Assembly: GCA_033551855.1 (NCBI GenBank)
Contig: JAWSUI010000043.1
Span: forward strand, 1 to 33,177
Length of the DNA: 33,177 nt
DNA from: Deferrisomatales bacterium
Lineage (GTDB): Bacteria > Desulfobacterota > Deferrisomatia > Deferrisomatales > JACRMM01
Reading direction: 5' to 3'
Positions 1 through 7,417 of the stretch are shown here, in pieces (the stretch's first letter is position 1; each line of letters opens with the position of its first letter). Both the position numbers and the translations under genes were made by a program. The notes below the pieces were generated by a model, which saw only the letters and a list, made by a program, of their open reading frames with translations, searched no databases and was not told where the DNA came from.

Positions 1-42
1 TCACGTCCGGATCTGTGCGGGGGGCGGCCCGCAAGGGCCGTC

Positions 43-96
43 CCTACCGCGACCCCGGCACGTGCTCGGGGTCGGGGAGCCCCTCCGCTCCGCCCC
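43..96 (+). repeat. REP-like ~50-bp hairpin repeat, copy 1
   Basis: CCTACCGCGACCCCGGCACGTGCTCGGGGTCGGGGAGCCCCTCCGCTCCGCCCC; similar sequences at 28228-28280 (+) and 12838-12880 (-); internal stem CGACCCCG/CGGGGTCG. Confidence 0.65.
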
Positions 97-143
97 AAGG
101 TGACGTGGTGGAAACCGGGGCTCCCGTGCCCGCCCGAAAACTC

Positions 144-352
144 GGTTTTTCCGGTAAACGACCGGGCGGGCCCGCCCATTCCGGCAGACGATGCCGGGTT
201 GCACGGCAGGTGCTCTCCCCCGCCGCATCCGGAATCCTCGCGGCATCGCGACTCCCGACGGGGCTGCTCACGTCGAGCGGCCGTCCGCCTACGTGGTCGG
301 GTCCACCCGCTCGTCCTTGGACACGAGCACCCGGTCGTTTCCCGGATGCCCC
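144..352 (+). mobile_element. 209-bp MITE-like element, copy 1 (most degenerate ends)
   Basis: Colinear without indels with 26124-26332 (29 mismatches over 151-348, about 85%); ends GGTTTTTCCGG / CCCGGATGCCCC; flanks GAAAACTC (136-143) and GAAAATTT (353-360), 6/8 direct repeat. Confidence 0.8.
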
Positions 353-383
353 GAAAATTTGGCGACGACCCCAGCAGTTCCCC

Positions 384-412
384 TTGACGGGGTCGGAGGA
401 GAGAGGTATTTT
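384..412 (+). promoter_or_regulatory. putative sigma70 promoter of the tetR-acd operon
   Basis: TTGACG (384-389), 17-bp spacer, TATTTT (407-412), upstream of RBS AGGAG (428-432). Confidence 0.55.
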
Positions 413-424
413 ACTGACCAGTAA
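411..424. promoter_or_regulatory. palindromic putative TetR operator
   Basis: TTACTG-AC-CAGTAA perfect inverted repeat overlapping the -10/+1 region directly upstream of a TetR gene. Confidence 0.55.
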
Positions 425-439
425 GTAAGGAGCGTGCCG

Positions 440-1033
440 ATGCCCCACCCCGACGACCGCAGGGCGCAGATCTTCACGGCCGGGGCCCGTCTGTTCGCCG
501 AGAAGGGTTACGGGAGGACGAGCCTCCAGGAGGTGGCCGATGCCCTCGGGGTCACCCGCCCCGCCCTCTACTACTACTATCGGTCCAAAGAGGAACTCCT
601 CTTCGAGATCACGTCGTTCGTCATGGACCGGGTGGCGGCCGACCTGCAGGAGGTGGCGGCCGGCAGCGGCTCCCCCCTGGAGAAGCTCCGGGACCTGATC
701 GGCCGGTACGTGCGGTTCTTCGCCTCCCACCCCCACGAGCTGACCATCATGTCCACGGAGGTGGACTCCCTCGGGCCCGAGAGGCGCGAGGTCATCCTGG
801 AGCGCCAGCGGGGGTACCTGCGCACGGTGCGCTCCATCGTCCGGGAGTTGCTGGGGGACCACCCCGGGACGCCCCTGGACGAGACCTCGGTGGCCTTCGC
901 GCTCCTGGGCGGAATGAGCTGGATCTTCAAGTGGTACGACCCGGCCGGCCGGGTGAGCCCGGAGAAGCTGGCCGCCGACTTCACCCGACTCTTTACCTAT
1001 GGGCTCCAGGGCCCGCCCCGTGGAGAGGAGTGA
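440..1033 (+). CDS. TetR/AcrR family transcriptional regulator (KstR2-like C-terminus)
   Basis: HTH LFAEKGYGRTSLQEVADALGVTRPALYYYYRSKEELL; C-terminal WIFKWYDP; ATG 440 with AGGAG 7 nt upstream. Confidence 0.9.
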   Translation: MPHPDDRRAQIFTAGARLFAEKGYGRTSLQEVADALGVTRPALYYYYRSKEELLFEITSFVMDRVAADLQEVAAGSGSPLEKLRDLIGRYVRFFASHPHELTIMSTEVDSLGPERREVILERQRGYLRTVRSIVRELLGDHPGTPLDETSVAFALLGGMSWIFKWYDPAGRVSPEKLAADFTRLFTYGLQGPPRGEE

Positions 1034-1040
1034 CGCGACC

Positions 1041-2192
1041 ATGTCCCAGTTCGAGCTGACCCCGGAGCAGAAAGACATCCAGAAGGCGGCCCGGGAGTTC
1101 GCCCAGGGGGAGTTTCCCCAACGGGCCCGGGAGGCCGACCAGCAGGAGGAGTTTCCGCAGGAGCTCTACAAGATGGCGGCAGACCTGGGCTTCCTGGGGC
1201 TCTTCTTCCCGGAGGAGTACGGGGGGGCGGGCCTGGGCTATCTGGAGTTCTGCCTCATGGTGGAGGAGTTCTGGCGAGCCGACCCCGGCCTGGGGCAGGC
1301 GCTGGGATCGGTAACCTTCGGGGCGGACCTCCTGCTGCTCCACGGCACGGAGGAGCAGAAGCGCCGGTACCTCCCGCCGATTTGCACGGGCGAGGCCATC
1401 ATGGCCGCGGCCATCACCGAGCCGGACGCCGGGAGCGACATCGCGGCGGTGACCACGGCGGCGGTCCGCGACGGGGACGAGTGGGTGATCAACGGCACCA
1501 AGATGTTCATCACCAACGGCATTTCCGCCAAGTTCGTCCTGGTGTACTGCCTCACCAACCCTCACGCCCCGAGCCGGCACGAACGGCACTCGTGCCTGAT
1601 GGTCGAGACCGACCGGCCGGGCTACAAGGCCACCAAGCTCCACGGCAAGCTCGGCATCCGGGCCTCGGAAACCGCCGAGGTGGTCCTGGACGGGGTGCGG
1701 GTGCCGGCCGACAACCTCGTCGGCACGGAGGGCATGGGGTTCTTCCACTTCATGGACTTCTTCAACCGCACGCGGCTCCACATCGCGGCCCAGGGCGTGG
1801 GCGTGGGCCAGGGGGCGCTGGACAAGGCCGTCCGGCACGTGAGGAACCGCGTGCAGTTCGGGCAGCCCCTTGCGGCGTTCCAGGGGGTTCAGTTCAAGAT
1901 CGCGGAGATGGCGACCCGGGTGGAAGCCGCCCGGGGCATGGTCTACCGGGCCGCGGCCCTGGTGGACGACGGCACCGTGGACCACCGCCTCATCGCCATG
2001 GCCAAGTGGTACGCCGGGGAGACGGGGGTGCGGGTGGCGGACGAGGCCCTCCAGCTCCACGGGGGTTACGGCTACCTGGCCGAGTACGACGTGGAGCGCT
2101 TCTACCGCGACGCCAAGATCGTGGAGCTCTACGAGGGCACCAAGGAAGTGGAGAAGCAGATCGTGGCCCGGACCCTCCTGGGGAAGGTCTGA
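1041..2192 (+). CDS. acyl-CoA dehydrogenase
   Basis: Motifs PEEYGGAG, AITEPDAGSD, NGTKMFITNG, KLGIRAS, QFGQPL, LQLHGGYGY, YEGT; ATG 1041. Confidence 0.95.
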   Translation: MSQFELTPEQKDIQKAAREFAQGEFPQRAREADQQEEFPQELYKMAADLGFLGLFFPEEYGGAGLGYLEFCLMVEEFWRADPGLGQALGSVTFGADLLLLHGTEEQKRRYLPPICTGEAIMAAAITEPDAGSDIAAVTTAAVRDGDEWVINGTKMFITNGISAKFVLVYCLTNPHAPSRHERHSCLMVETDRPGYKATKLHGKLGIRASETAEVVLDGVRVPADNLVGTEGMGFFHFMDFFNRTRLHIAAQGVGVGQGALDKAVRHVRNRVQFGQPLAAFQGVQFKIAEMATRVEAARGMVYRAAALVDDGTVDHRLIAMAKWYAGETGVRVADEALQLHGGYGYLAEYDVERFYRDAKIVELYEGTKEVEKQIVARTLLGKV

Positions 2193-2217
2193 CGGCAGGT
2201 CATGGACGGGGTATTAG

Positions 2218-2379
2218 GACAGGATGACAGGATGAACAGGATGAACAGGATGACTGTGGCAGGGCGGGTTGGAAAACCCGGAAATCCACTCTGTGCTGAG
2301 GTTTCAGGCCTCCTTGTTGTGGCGACAACGAAGAATACCCTTGCGTGGCGGACTGTCCCGACCATCCTGCCATCCTGTC
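2218..2379. repeat. gene-less inverted-arm element A (ACAGGATG tandem units plus complementary arm)
   Basis: Four tandem (A)ACAGGATG units at 2218-2252; right arm CATCCTGCCATCCTGTC (2363-2379) complements 2218-2234 at 16/17; lower-GC interior. Confidence 0.75.
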
Positions 2380-2392
2380 GAAGGATCTACCC

Positions 2393-3532
2393 GTGACCAA
2401 GATTCGCGACATCGACGGCGTCGCCCTGGCGGAGCGGTTCGAGCTGGGGGCTTGCCTCCAGTGCGGGCGGTGCACGGGGGGGTGCCCCATGAGCCTGCGC
2501 TCCCCCCTGAACTCCCGGCGGCTCCTGTACGAGAGCCTCCTTCGAGAGGACGGGGAGGCCCTCCTGGACCGGGAGGAGGTCTGGGACTGCACCGCGTGCC
2601 GCACCTGCGCGGACCGTTGTCCGCGGGGGCTCGAGCCGGTGGAGGTGATCCGGGCCATTCGGACGGTGAAGATCGAGGGCGGCCGCATCCCGGAGACGGC
2701 CATGGCGGCCCTGGAGTCGAGCCTCAAGCACGGAAACCCCTGGGGCCGATCCCGTCAGAAGCGCACGGCCTGGGCGGAGGACGCAGCGGTGCGCAGCCTG
2801 GAGGAGGACCAGGAGTCCGAGCGGCTCTGGTTCGTGGGGTGCACCCCGGCCTACGACCCCCGGTGCCAGGGCATCGCCCGGGCCCTGGCCCGGGTCTTCG
2901 ACGCAGCGAAATACGATTACACGACCCTCGGGGCGGAGGAGGTCTGCTGCGGCAGCGAGATCCTGCGCCTGGGGGAGCAGGGGCTCTTCGAGGAGCTCGC
3001 CGAGACCAACCGGGAGAGCTTCCGGGAGCTCGGGTTCCGGGAGGTGGTCGCGACCTCCCCCCACTGCATGAACACCTTCCGCGGCGACTACCGGCTGGAG
3101 ATCCCCGTCCGTCACTACAGTCAGGCCCTGGCGGACCTGGCCGCCGAGGGGAGGATCCCCTTCGGGAAGGACGTCCCCCTGCGGGTCGCCTTCCACGATC
3201 CCTGCTACCTGGGGAAGCAGAACGGCGTCTACGAAGCCCCCCGGGAGGTGCTGGGTTCCGTGCCGGGAGTGGAGCTGGTGGAGTTCGACCGCTGCCGGGA
3301 GCGGAGCCTGTGCTGCGAGGGAGGCGGGGGCCGCATGTGGATCGAGGGGTTGGGCGAGGGGGAGCGAAACGCCCAGCTCCGGGTGCGCGACGCGGCGGCA
3401 ATGGGGGTGCACGCCGTGGTGACGGCGTGCCCCTTCTGTCTCCTGACCCTGGAGGACGCCCGGAAGACGGTGGGCCTGGAGGAGAGCCTCGAGGTGATCG
3501 ACCTGGCGGAGCTCGTGGAGCGGGGGCTGTAG
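2393..3532 (+). CDS. soluble Fe-S oxidoreductase, HdrC-like ferredoxin plus CCG domains (HdrD-like)
   Basis: CLQCGRCTGGCP, CTACRTCADRCP, VGCT, EVCCG, HDPCYLG, CCEGGGG, TACPFC; GTG 2393 after AAGGA; no membrane segment visible. Confidence 0.85.
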   Translation: MTKIRDIDGVALAERFELGACLQCGRCTGGCPMSLRSPLNSRRLLYESLLREDGEALLDREEVWDCTACRTCADRCPRGLEPVEVIRAIRTVKIEGGRIPETAMAALESSLKHGNPWGRSRQKRTAWAEDAAVRSLEEDQESERLWFVGCTPAYDPRCQGIARALARVFDAAKYDYTTLGAEEVCCGSEILRLGEQGLFEELAETNRESFRELGFREVVATSPHCMNTFRGDYRLEIPVRHYSQALADLAAEGRIPFGKDVPLRVAFHDPCYLGKQNGVYEAPREVLGSVPGVELVEFDRCRERSLCCEGGGGRMWIEGLGEGERNAQLRVRDAAAMGVHAVVTACPFCLLTLEDARKTVGLEESLEVIDLAELVERGL

Positions 3533-3548
3533 AACCTTAGATCGGATG

Positions 3549-3696
3549 GACGGGATAACGGGATGAGCAGGATGGAAGGATCTTGTGCGCAGAGGCGAGT
3601 TTCCTTTCCCGTACAAGATCGATGAAGCATTCAGGGGTATCACCAGGGACCCCTCACCACCCCGGGTGGTCATCCTGACCATCCCGTTATCCCGTC
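3549..3696. repeat. gene-less inverted-arm element B
   Basis: GACGGGATAACGGGATG (3549-3565) is perfectly complementary to CATCCCGTTATCCCGTC (3680-3696); stem extends to 24/26 bp around a 96-nt loop; outer arms identical to those flanking GxxExxY. Confidence 0.8.
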
Positions 3697-3733
3697 GATA
3701 AGGGCTCTTGACCTTTCTCTGAGGAGGGACCCC

Positions 3734-4525
3734 ATGAACGTGGCCGTCTTCGTGAAGCACGTCCCCGACACGACCGAGGCCGACCTGCAGGTGGCGGCCG
3801 ACGGCCGCTCCCTCAAGGCCGGGGGGCTCCCGTACCAGATGAACGAGTGGGATCGGTTCGCCCTGGAGGAGGGCGTGCGGCTCAAGGAGGCCTCCGGAGG
3901 CACCCTGACCGCGTTCCTCCTCGGGCCCGAGGAGCACGAGGAGACCTTGCGGCGGTGCCTGGCCGTGGGGGCCGACCGGGCGGTGCGGGTCTGGGACCCG
4001 GCTCTGGAGCGGCAGGGGCCGGTGGCCGCGGCCCGCGCGCTCGCCGCGGCCGTGGGCGGCGAAGCCTTCGACCTGTGCCTCTGCGGCGCCCAGGCGGACG
4101 ACGACGGGTACGGGCTCGTGGGCCCGACCCTGGCGGTCCTCCTGGCGATGCCGAGCGCGAGCCTGGTGAATCGCCTGGAGGTGCGGGACCGGGTCGCGGT
4201 CTGCGCCCGGGAGCTGGAGGGGGGCTGGAGCGAGGTCGTGGAGCTCGACCTCCCGGCCCTGATCACCGTCCAGACGGGCATCAACGAGCCCCGCTACGTG
4301 TCCGTGCTCGGCATCCGGAAGGCCCGCTCCAAGCCCATCGACCTGGCGGGGCTGGACGCCCTCGGCCTCTCCCCCGAGGCCGTCGGGGAGACCGGCAGCC
4401 GGCTCCGGGTGGAGGCCCTGGCCCCCCCGCCCCCGGGCAAAGAGGCCGAGCTTTTCACGGGATCGCCCGAGGAGATCGCCGGTCGCTTCGTGGCCGTGCT
4501 CAAGGAGAAGGGAGGTGTCCTGTGA
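3734..4525 (+). CDS. etfB: electron transfer flavoprotein beta subunit
   Basis: VKHVPD, MNEWDRFALEE, GADRA, CGAQADD, LPALITVQTGINEPRY; RBS GAGGAGG. Confidence 0.92.
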   Translation: MNVAVFVKHVPDTTEADLQVAADGRSLKAGGLPYQMNEWDRFALEEGVRLKEASGGTLTAFLLGPEEHEETLRRCLAVGADRAVRVWDPALERQGPVAAARALAAAVGGEAFDLCLCGAQADDDGYGLVGPTLAVLLAMPSASLVNRLEVRDRVAVCARELEGGWSEVVELDLPALITVQTGINEPRYVSVLGIRKARSKPIDLAGLDALGLSPEAVGETGSRLRVEALAPPPPGKEAELFTGSPEEIAGRFVAVLKEKGGVL

Positions 4526-5499
4526 GCGTCTGGGTCGTCGTGGAGCACCGGAACGGCTCGGTGCGCGAGGTGACGGGGGAGCTCCTGAGCGTGGCCCGGG
4601 CCCTGGGCGCCGGCCCGGTGACGGCGGTGGTGCTGGCGGGTCCCGGCGAGGCGGCCGCCCTGGCCGGGGCGGCCAAGGGGCGCGCGGACCGCCTCCTCCT
4701 GCTCGAGCACCCGACCCTGGCCGGTTTCAACGGCACCGCGGCGGCCGCCGCCCTGCGCGACGCGGCCCGGTCCCGGGCGCCGCGGGTGGTGCTCGGCGCC
4801 CACTCGGCCGCCGGTACCGATTGGGCCCCGACCCTGGCCGCCCTGCTCGACGCCCCCGTGGTCACCGACGCGCTCTCCCTGGCCTGGGACGACGGGGGCC
4901 TCTCCGCCCTCCGGGCCGTCTACGGCGGCAAGCTGCAGGCGCGGGTCCGGCTGCTGCCGGCGGACACCGTGGTGGCGACCCTGCGCCCGGGCGGCACCGA
5001 GGCCGGGTCGGCCTCGGGAGGCGCCGACGCCGAGGTGGAGTCGGCGACGCCGGACCTGCCCGCCTCCCTCGGGAAGCGGTTCGTCGAGTGGGTCCAGGAG
5101 GCGGCCGGCGCGGTGGACATCACCCAGGCGGACGTGCTGGTGAGCCTGGGGCGGGGGATCGGCGACAAGGAGAACGTCGACGTCGGCGTGGCCCTGGCCG
5201 AGGCCCTGGGGGCCACGGTCTCCTGCTCCCGGCCCGTGGTCGACGCCCACTGGCTGCCCAAGGAGCACCAGGTGGGGATCTCGGGCAAGACCGTCAAGCC
5301 CAAGGTCTACATCGCCCTGGGCATCTCGGGCGCCTTCCAGCACGTCAGCGCCATGCAGGGCTCCGGGGTGATCATCGCGGTCAACAAGGACTCCAAGGCC
5401 CCCATCTTCCGCGTGGCCCACTACGGTATCGTCGGAGACCTGTTCAAGGTCGTCCCGACGCTGACGAAGGCGGTGAGGGCGGCGAGGAGAGCGGGCTGA
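4522..5499 (+). CDS. etfA: electron transfer flavoprotein alpha subunit
   Basis: RAVYGGK, ADVLVSLGRG, CSRPVVD, QVGISGKTVKPKVYIALGISGAFQH, NKDSKAPIF; GTGA overlap with etfB stop. Confidence 0.92.
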   Translation: MSVWVVVEHRNGSVREVTGELLSVARALGAGPVTAVVLAGPGEAAALAGAAKGRADRLLLLEHPTLAGFNGTAAAAALRDAARSRAPRVVLGAHSAAGTDWAPTLAALLDAPVVTDALSLAWDDGGLSALRAVYGGKLQARVRLLPADTVVATLRPGGTEAGSASGGADAEVESATPDLPASLGKRFVEWVQEAAGAVDITQADVLVSLGRGIGDKENVDVGVALAEALGATVSCSRPVVDAHWLPKEHQVGISGKTVKPKVYIALGISGAFQHVSAMQGSGVIIAVNKDSKAPIFRVAHYGIVGDLFKVVPTLTKAVRAARRAG

Positions 5500-6048
5500 C
5501 GGGATAACGGGATGGACGGGATGGAGGAAGATCAGGGGCGACGGCTGCGGAGAACGGGAGATGGCGAGAGGCACCAGCGGTCAGGTCGAGCCGGTTCGAG
5601 GTGACGGGATATCGGGATGCACGAGATGGAGGGGGACCACACGTGGCGTTTCGGGAGGTCACAGAAACCATAATCGGGTGCGCCTATCGCGTTTACAATG
5701 CGATGGGTCACGGATTCCTGGAGTCCGTCTATGAGAAGTGCCGTCTCATTGAGCTCCGCAGCTTCGGCCTTCAGGTAGAGAACCAAAAATCCATAACCGT
5801 GAGGTATCAAGGTGAGGTGGTCGGAGAATTCGTGGCGGACCTGCTGGTGGAAGGCAGCGTCATTGTCGAGCTGAAGGCGGTGCGAAAGTTGTCACCTGTC
5901 CACGAGGCCCAGCTCGTAAACTACCTTGTGGCGACGGAAAAGCCGGTGGGGCTCCTTGTGAACTTTGGCGAAACTCGGGTGGAAGTCAGAAGAAAGGTCC
6001 CCAAGCTTCTTCCAGGAGAATCCATCCTTTGAATCCCGTTATCCCGTC
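5498..6048 (+). mobile_element. putative hairpin-bounded GxxExxY cassette (element C)
   Basis: GACGGGATAACGGGAT (5498-5513) is a perfect inverted repeat of ATCCCGTTATCCCGTC (6033-6048); degenerate extra arm at 5603-5619; encloses a lower-GC nuclease-fold ORF. Confidence 0.6.
5643..6032 (+). CDS. GxxExxY protein (PD-(D/E)xK nuclease superfamily)
   Basis: GFLESVY signature; ADLLVEGSVIVELK (D...ExK); EAQLVNYL and GLLVNFG; GTG 5643 after GGAGGG; about 53% GC counted over 5641-5820. Confidence 0.9.
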   Translation: MAFREVTETIIGCAYRVYNAMGHGFLESVYEKCRLIELRSFGLQVENQKSITVRYQGEVVGEFVADLLVEGSVIVELKAVRKLSPVHEAQLVNYLVATEKPVGLLVNFGETRVEVRRKVPKLLPGESIL

Positions 6049-7417
6049 CGAAACTCCCCCGTCAGCCCTCGTAGTGGGGGCGGGGATCGCCGGGATCCAG
6101 GCGGCCTTGGACCTGGCCGAGGCGGGGGTGAACGTCACCCTCGTGGAGCAAGGGGACTCCATCGGGGGCCGCATGGCGCAGTTGGACAAGACCTTCCCGA
6201 CGCTCGACTGCTCCTCCTGCACCCTCACCCCCCGCACGGCCGAGGCGGGGAGCCACCCCCGCATCCGGCTCCTCACCCGGGCCGAGGTGGTCTCCCTGGA
6301 GGCCCAGGACGGCGGGTTTCGGGCCCGGGTCCGGGTGCGGCCGCGCTACGTGGACCCGGAGGCCTGCGTGGCCTGCGGGAAGTGCAGCGAGGCGTGCCGG
6401 CTGCGAGGCCGGGTGCCGCGGGAGTTCGACCTGGGGCTCGGCCGGGGCAGCGCCATCGGCGTGCCCTTCCCCCAGGCGGTACCCGCGACCTACGCGGTCG
6501 ATCCGGCCCGCTGCCTCCACCTGACCCGGGGCAAGTGCGGGGATGGCCCCCGCTGTGCGGAGGCCTGCGACGTGGGCGCGGTCCGGCTGGACGAGACGGA
6601 ACGGGTGGAGGAAGTGGCGGTGGGTGCGGTGGTGGTCGCGACGGGTTGGTCCCCCTACCGGCCGGACGACCCCGAGACCGGCAGGCCGGAGCTGGGCTTC
6701 GGCCGCTACCCCGAAGTGGTCACCAACCTCCAGTTCGAGCGGCTCTGCTCCGCTTCGGGTCCCACGCAGGGGAAGATCCGGGTGCCGGGGGCGGAGGGTT
6801 CGCCCCGGCGGGTCGCCTTCCTCCAGTGCGTGGGGTCCCGGGACCGCACCACCGGCGCGGCCTACTGCTCCCGGGTGTGCTGCATGGCGAGCCTGAAGCA
6901 GGCGGTGCTCGTCAGGGAAAAGCTCCCGGAGGCGGAGGTGACGGTGCTCTACATGGACCTGCGGGCCTTCGGGAAGGGCTACGAGGAGTTCCTGGAGCGG
7001 GCCCAGCGGCTGGGGGTGGTGCTGCGCCGGGGAAACCCCTCGGAGCTCTACCGGAAGGGGGACGCCCTCGCCGTCCGGTTCGAGGACACACTGTTGGGAA
7101 CGGCCCAGGAGCTCGCGGCCGATCTGGTGGTCCTGGCCGGCGGCCTGCGGCCCACCCCGGACCTCCCGGAATCGGCCCGGGTGCTCGGCGTGGACGTAGC
7201 CGAGGATGGCTTTCTGGCCTGCCCCGACCCGCGGGACCCGGTGCTCTCGACCCGTACCGGCGTCTTCCTGGCCGGGGCGTGCCGCGGGCCCCTCGACATC
7301 CCCGACGCCGTGGCCTCGGGGTCCGCCGCCGCCGCGGCGGCCCTGGGGCACCTCCTGGGAGCGGGCGCGGAGCCCGGAAGAGCGCCCCCCCCCTCGGACG
7401 AGCGGCAGGCCTCATGA
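6029..7417 (+). CDS. hdrA: HdrA-like flavoprotein with inserted ferredoxin domain, lacking the N-terminal CxCG domain
   Basis: LVVGAGIAG, GGRMAQLDKTFPTLDCSSC, CVACGKCSEAC, PFPQAVP, FLQCVGSRD, YCSRVCCM, YMDLRAFGKGYEEF; TTG start overlapping the GxxExxY stop (start uncertain). Confidence 0.85.
   Translation: MNPVIPSETPPSALVVGAGIAGIQAALDLAEAGVNVTLVEQGDSIGGRMAQLDKTFPTLDCSSCTLTPRTAEAGSHPRIRLLTRAEVVSLEAQDGGFRARVRVRPRYVDPEACVACGKCSEACRLRGRVPREFDLGLGRGSAIGVPFPQAVPATYAVDPARCLHLTRGKCGDGPRCAEACDVGAVRLDETERVEEVAVGAVVVATGWSPYRPDDPETGRPELGFGRYPEVVTNLQFERLCSASGPTQGKIRVPGAEGSPRRVAFLQCVGSRDRTTGAAYCSRVCCMASLKQAVLVREKLPEAEVTVLYMDLRAFGKGYEEFLERAQRLGVVLRRGNPSELYRKGDALAVRFEDTLLGTAQELAADLVVLAGGLRPTPDLPESARVLGVDVAEDGFLACPDPRDPVLSTRTGVFLAGACRGPLDIPDAVASGSAAAAAALGHLLGAGAEPGRAPPPSDERQAS

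Noticed and set aside
15..428. Protein coding by the 209-bp repeat (ORFs 15-428, 23608-24507, 26190-26480, N-terminal extension of htpG)
   Set aside because: Starts and stops differ among copies and there is no RBS; open frames are expected at this GC; TIR and TSD structure explains the conservation.
2218..2254. ACAGGATG tandem units as a CRISPR array
   Set aside because: Units are 8-9 bp with no spacers, and there are no cas genes; explained as an arm of the inverted element.
2317..2326. TTGTGGCGAC shared between the element A loop and GxxExxY (5926-5935) as a gene remnant
   Set aside because: Only a 10-mer with no extendable alignment; could be chance.
5965..7413. 1064-aa single ORF starting at 5965
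   Set aside because: The first ~480 aa are Gly/Pro/Arg-rich shadow translation over hdrA1; homology begins at ATG 7414.
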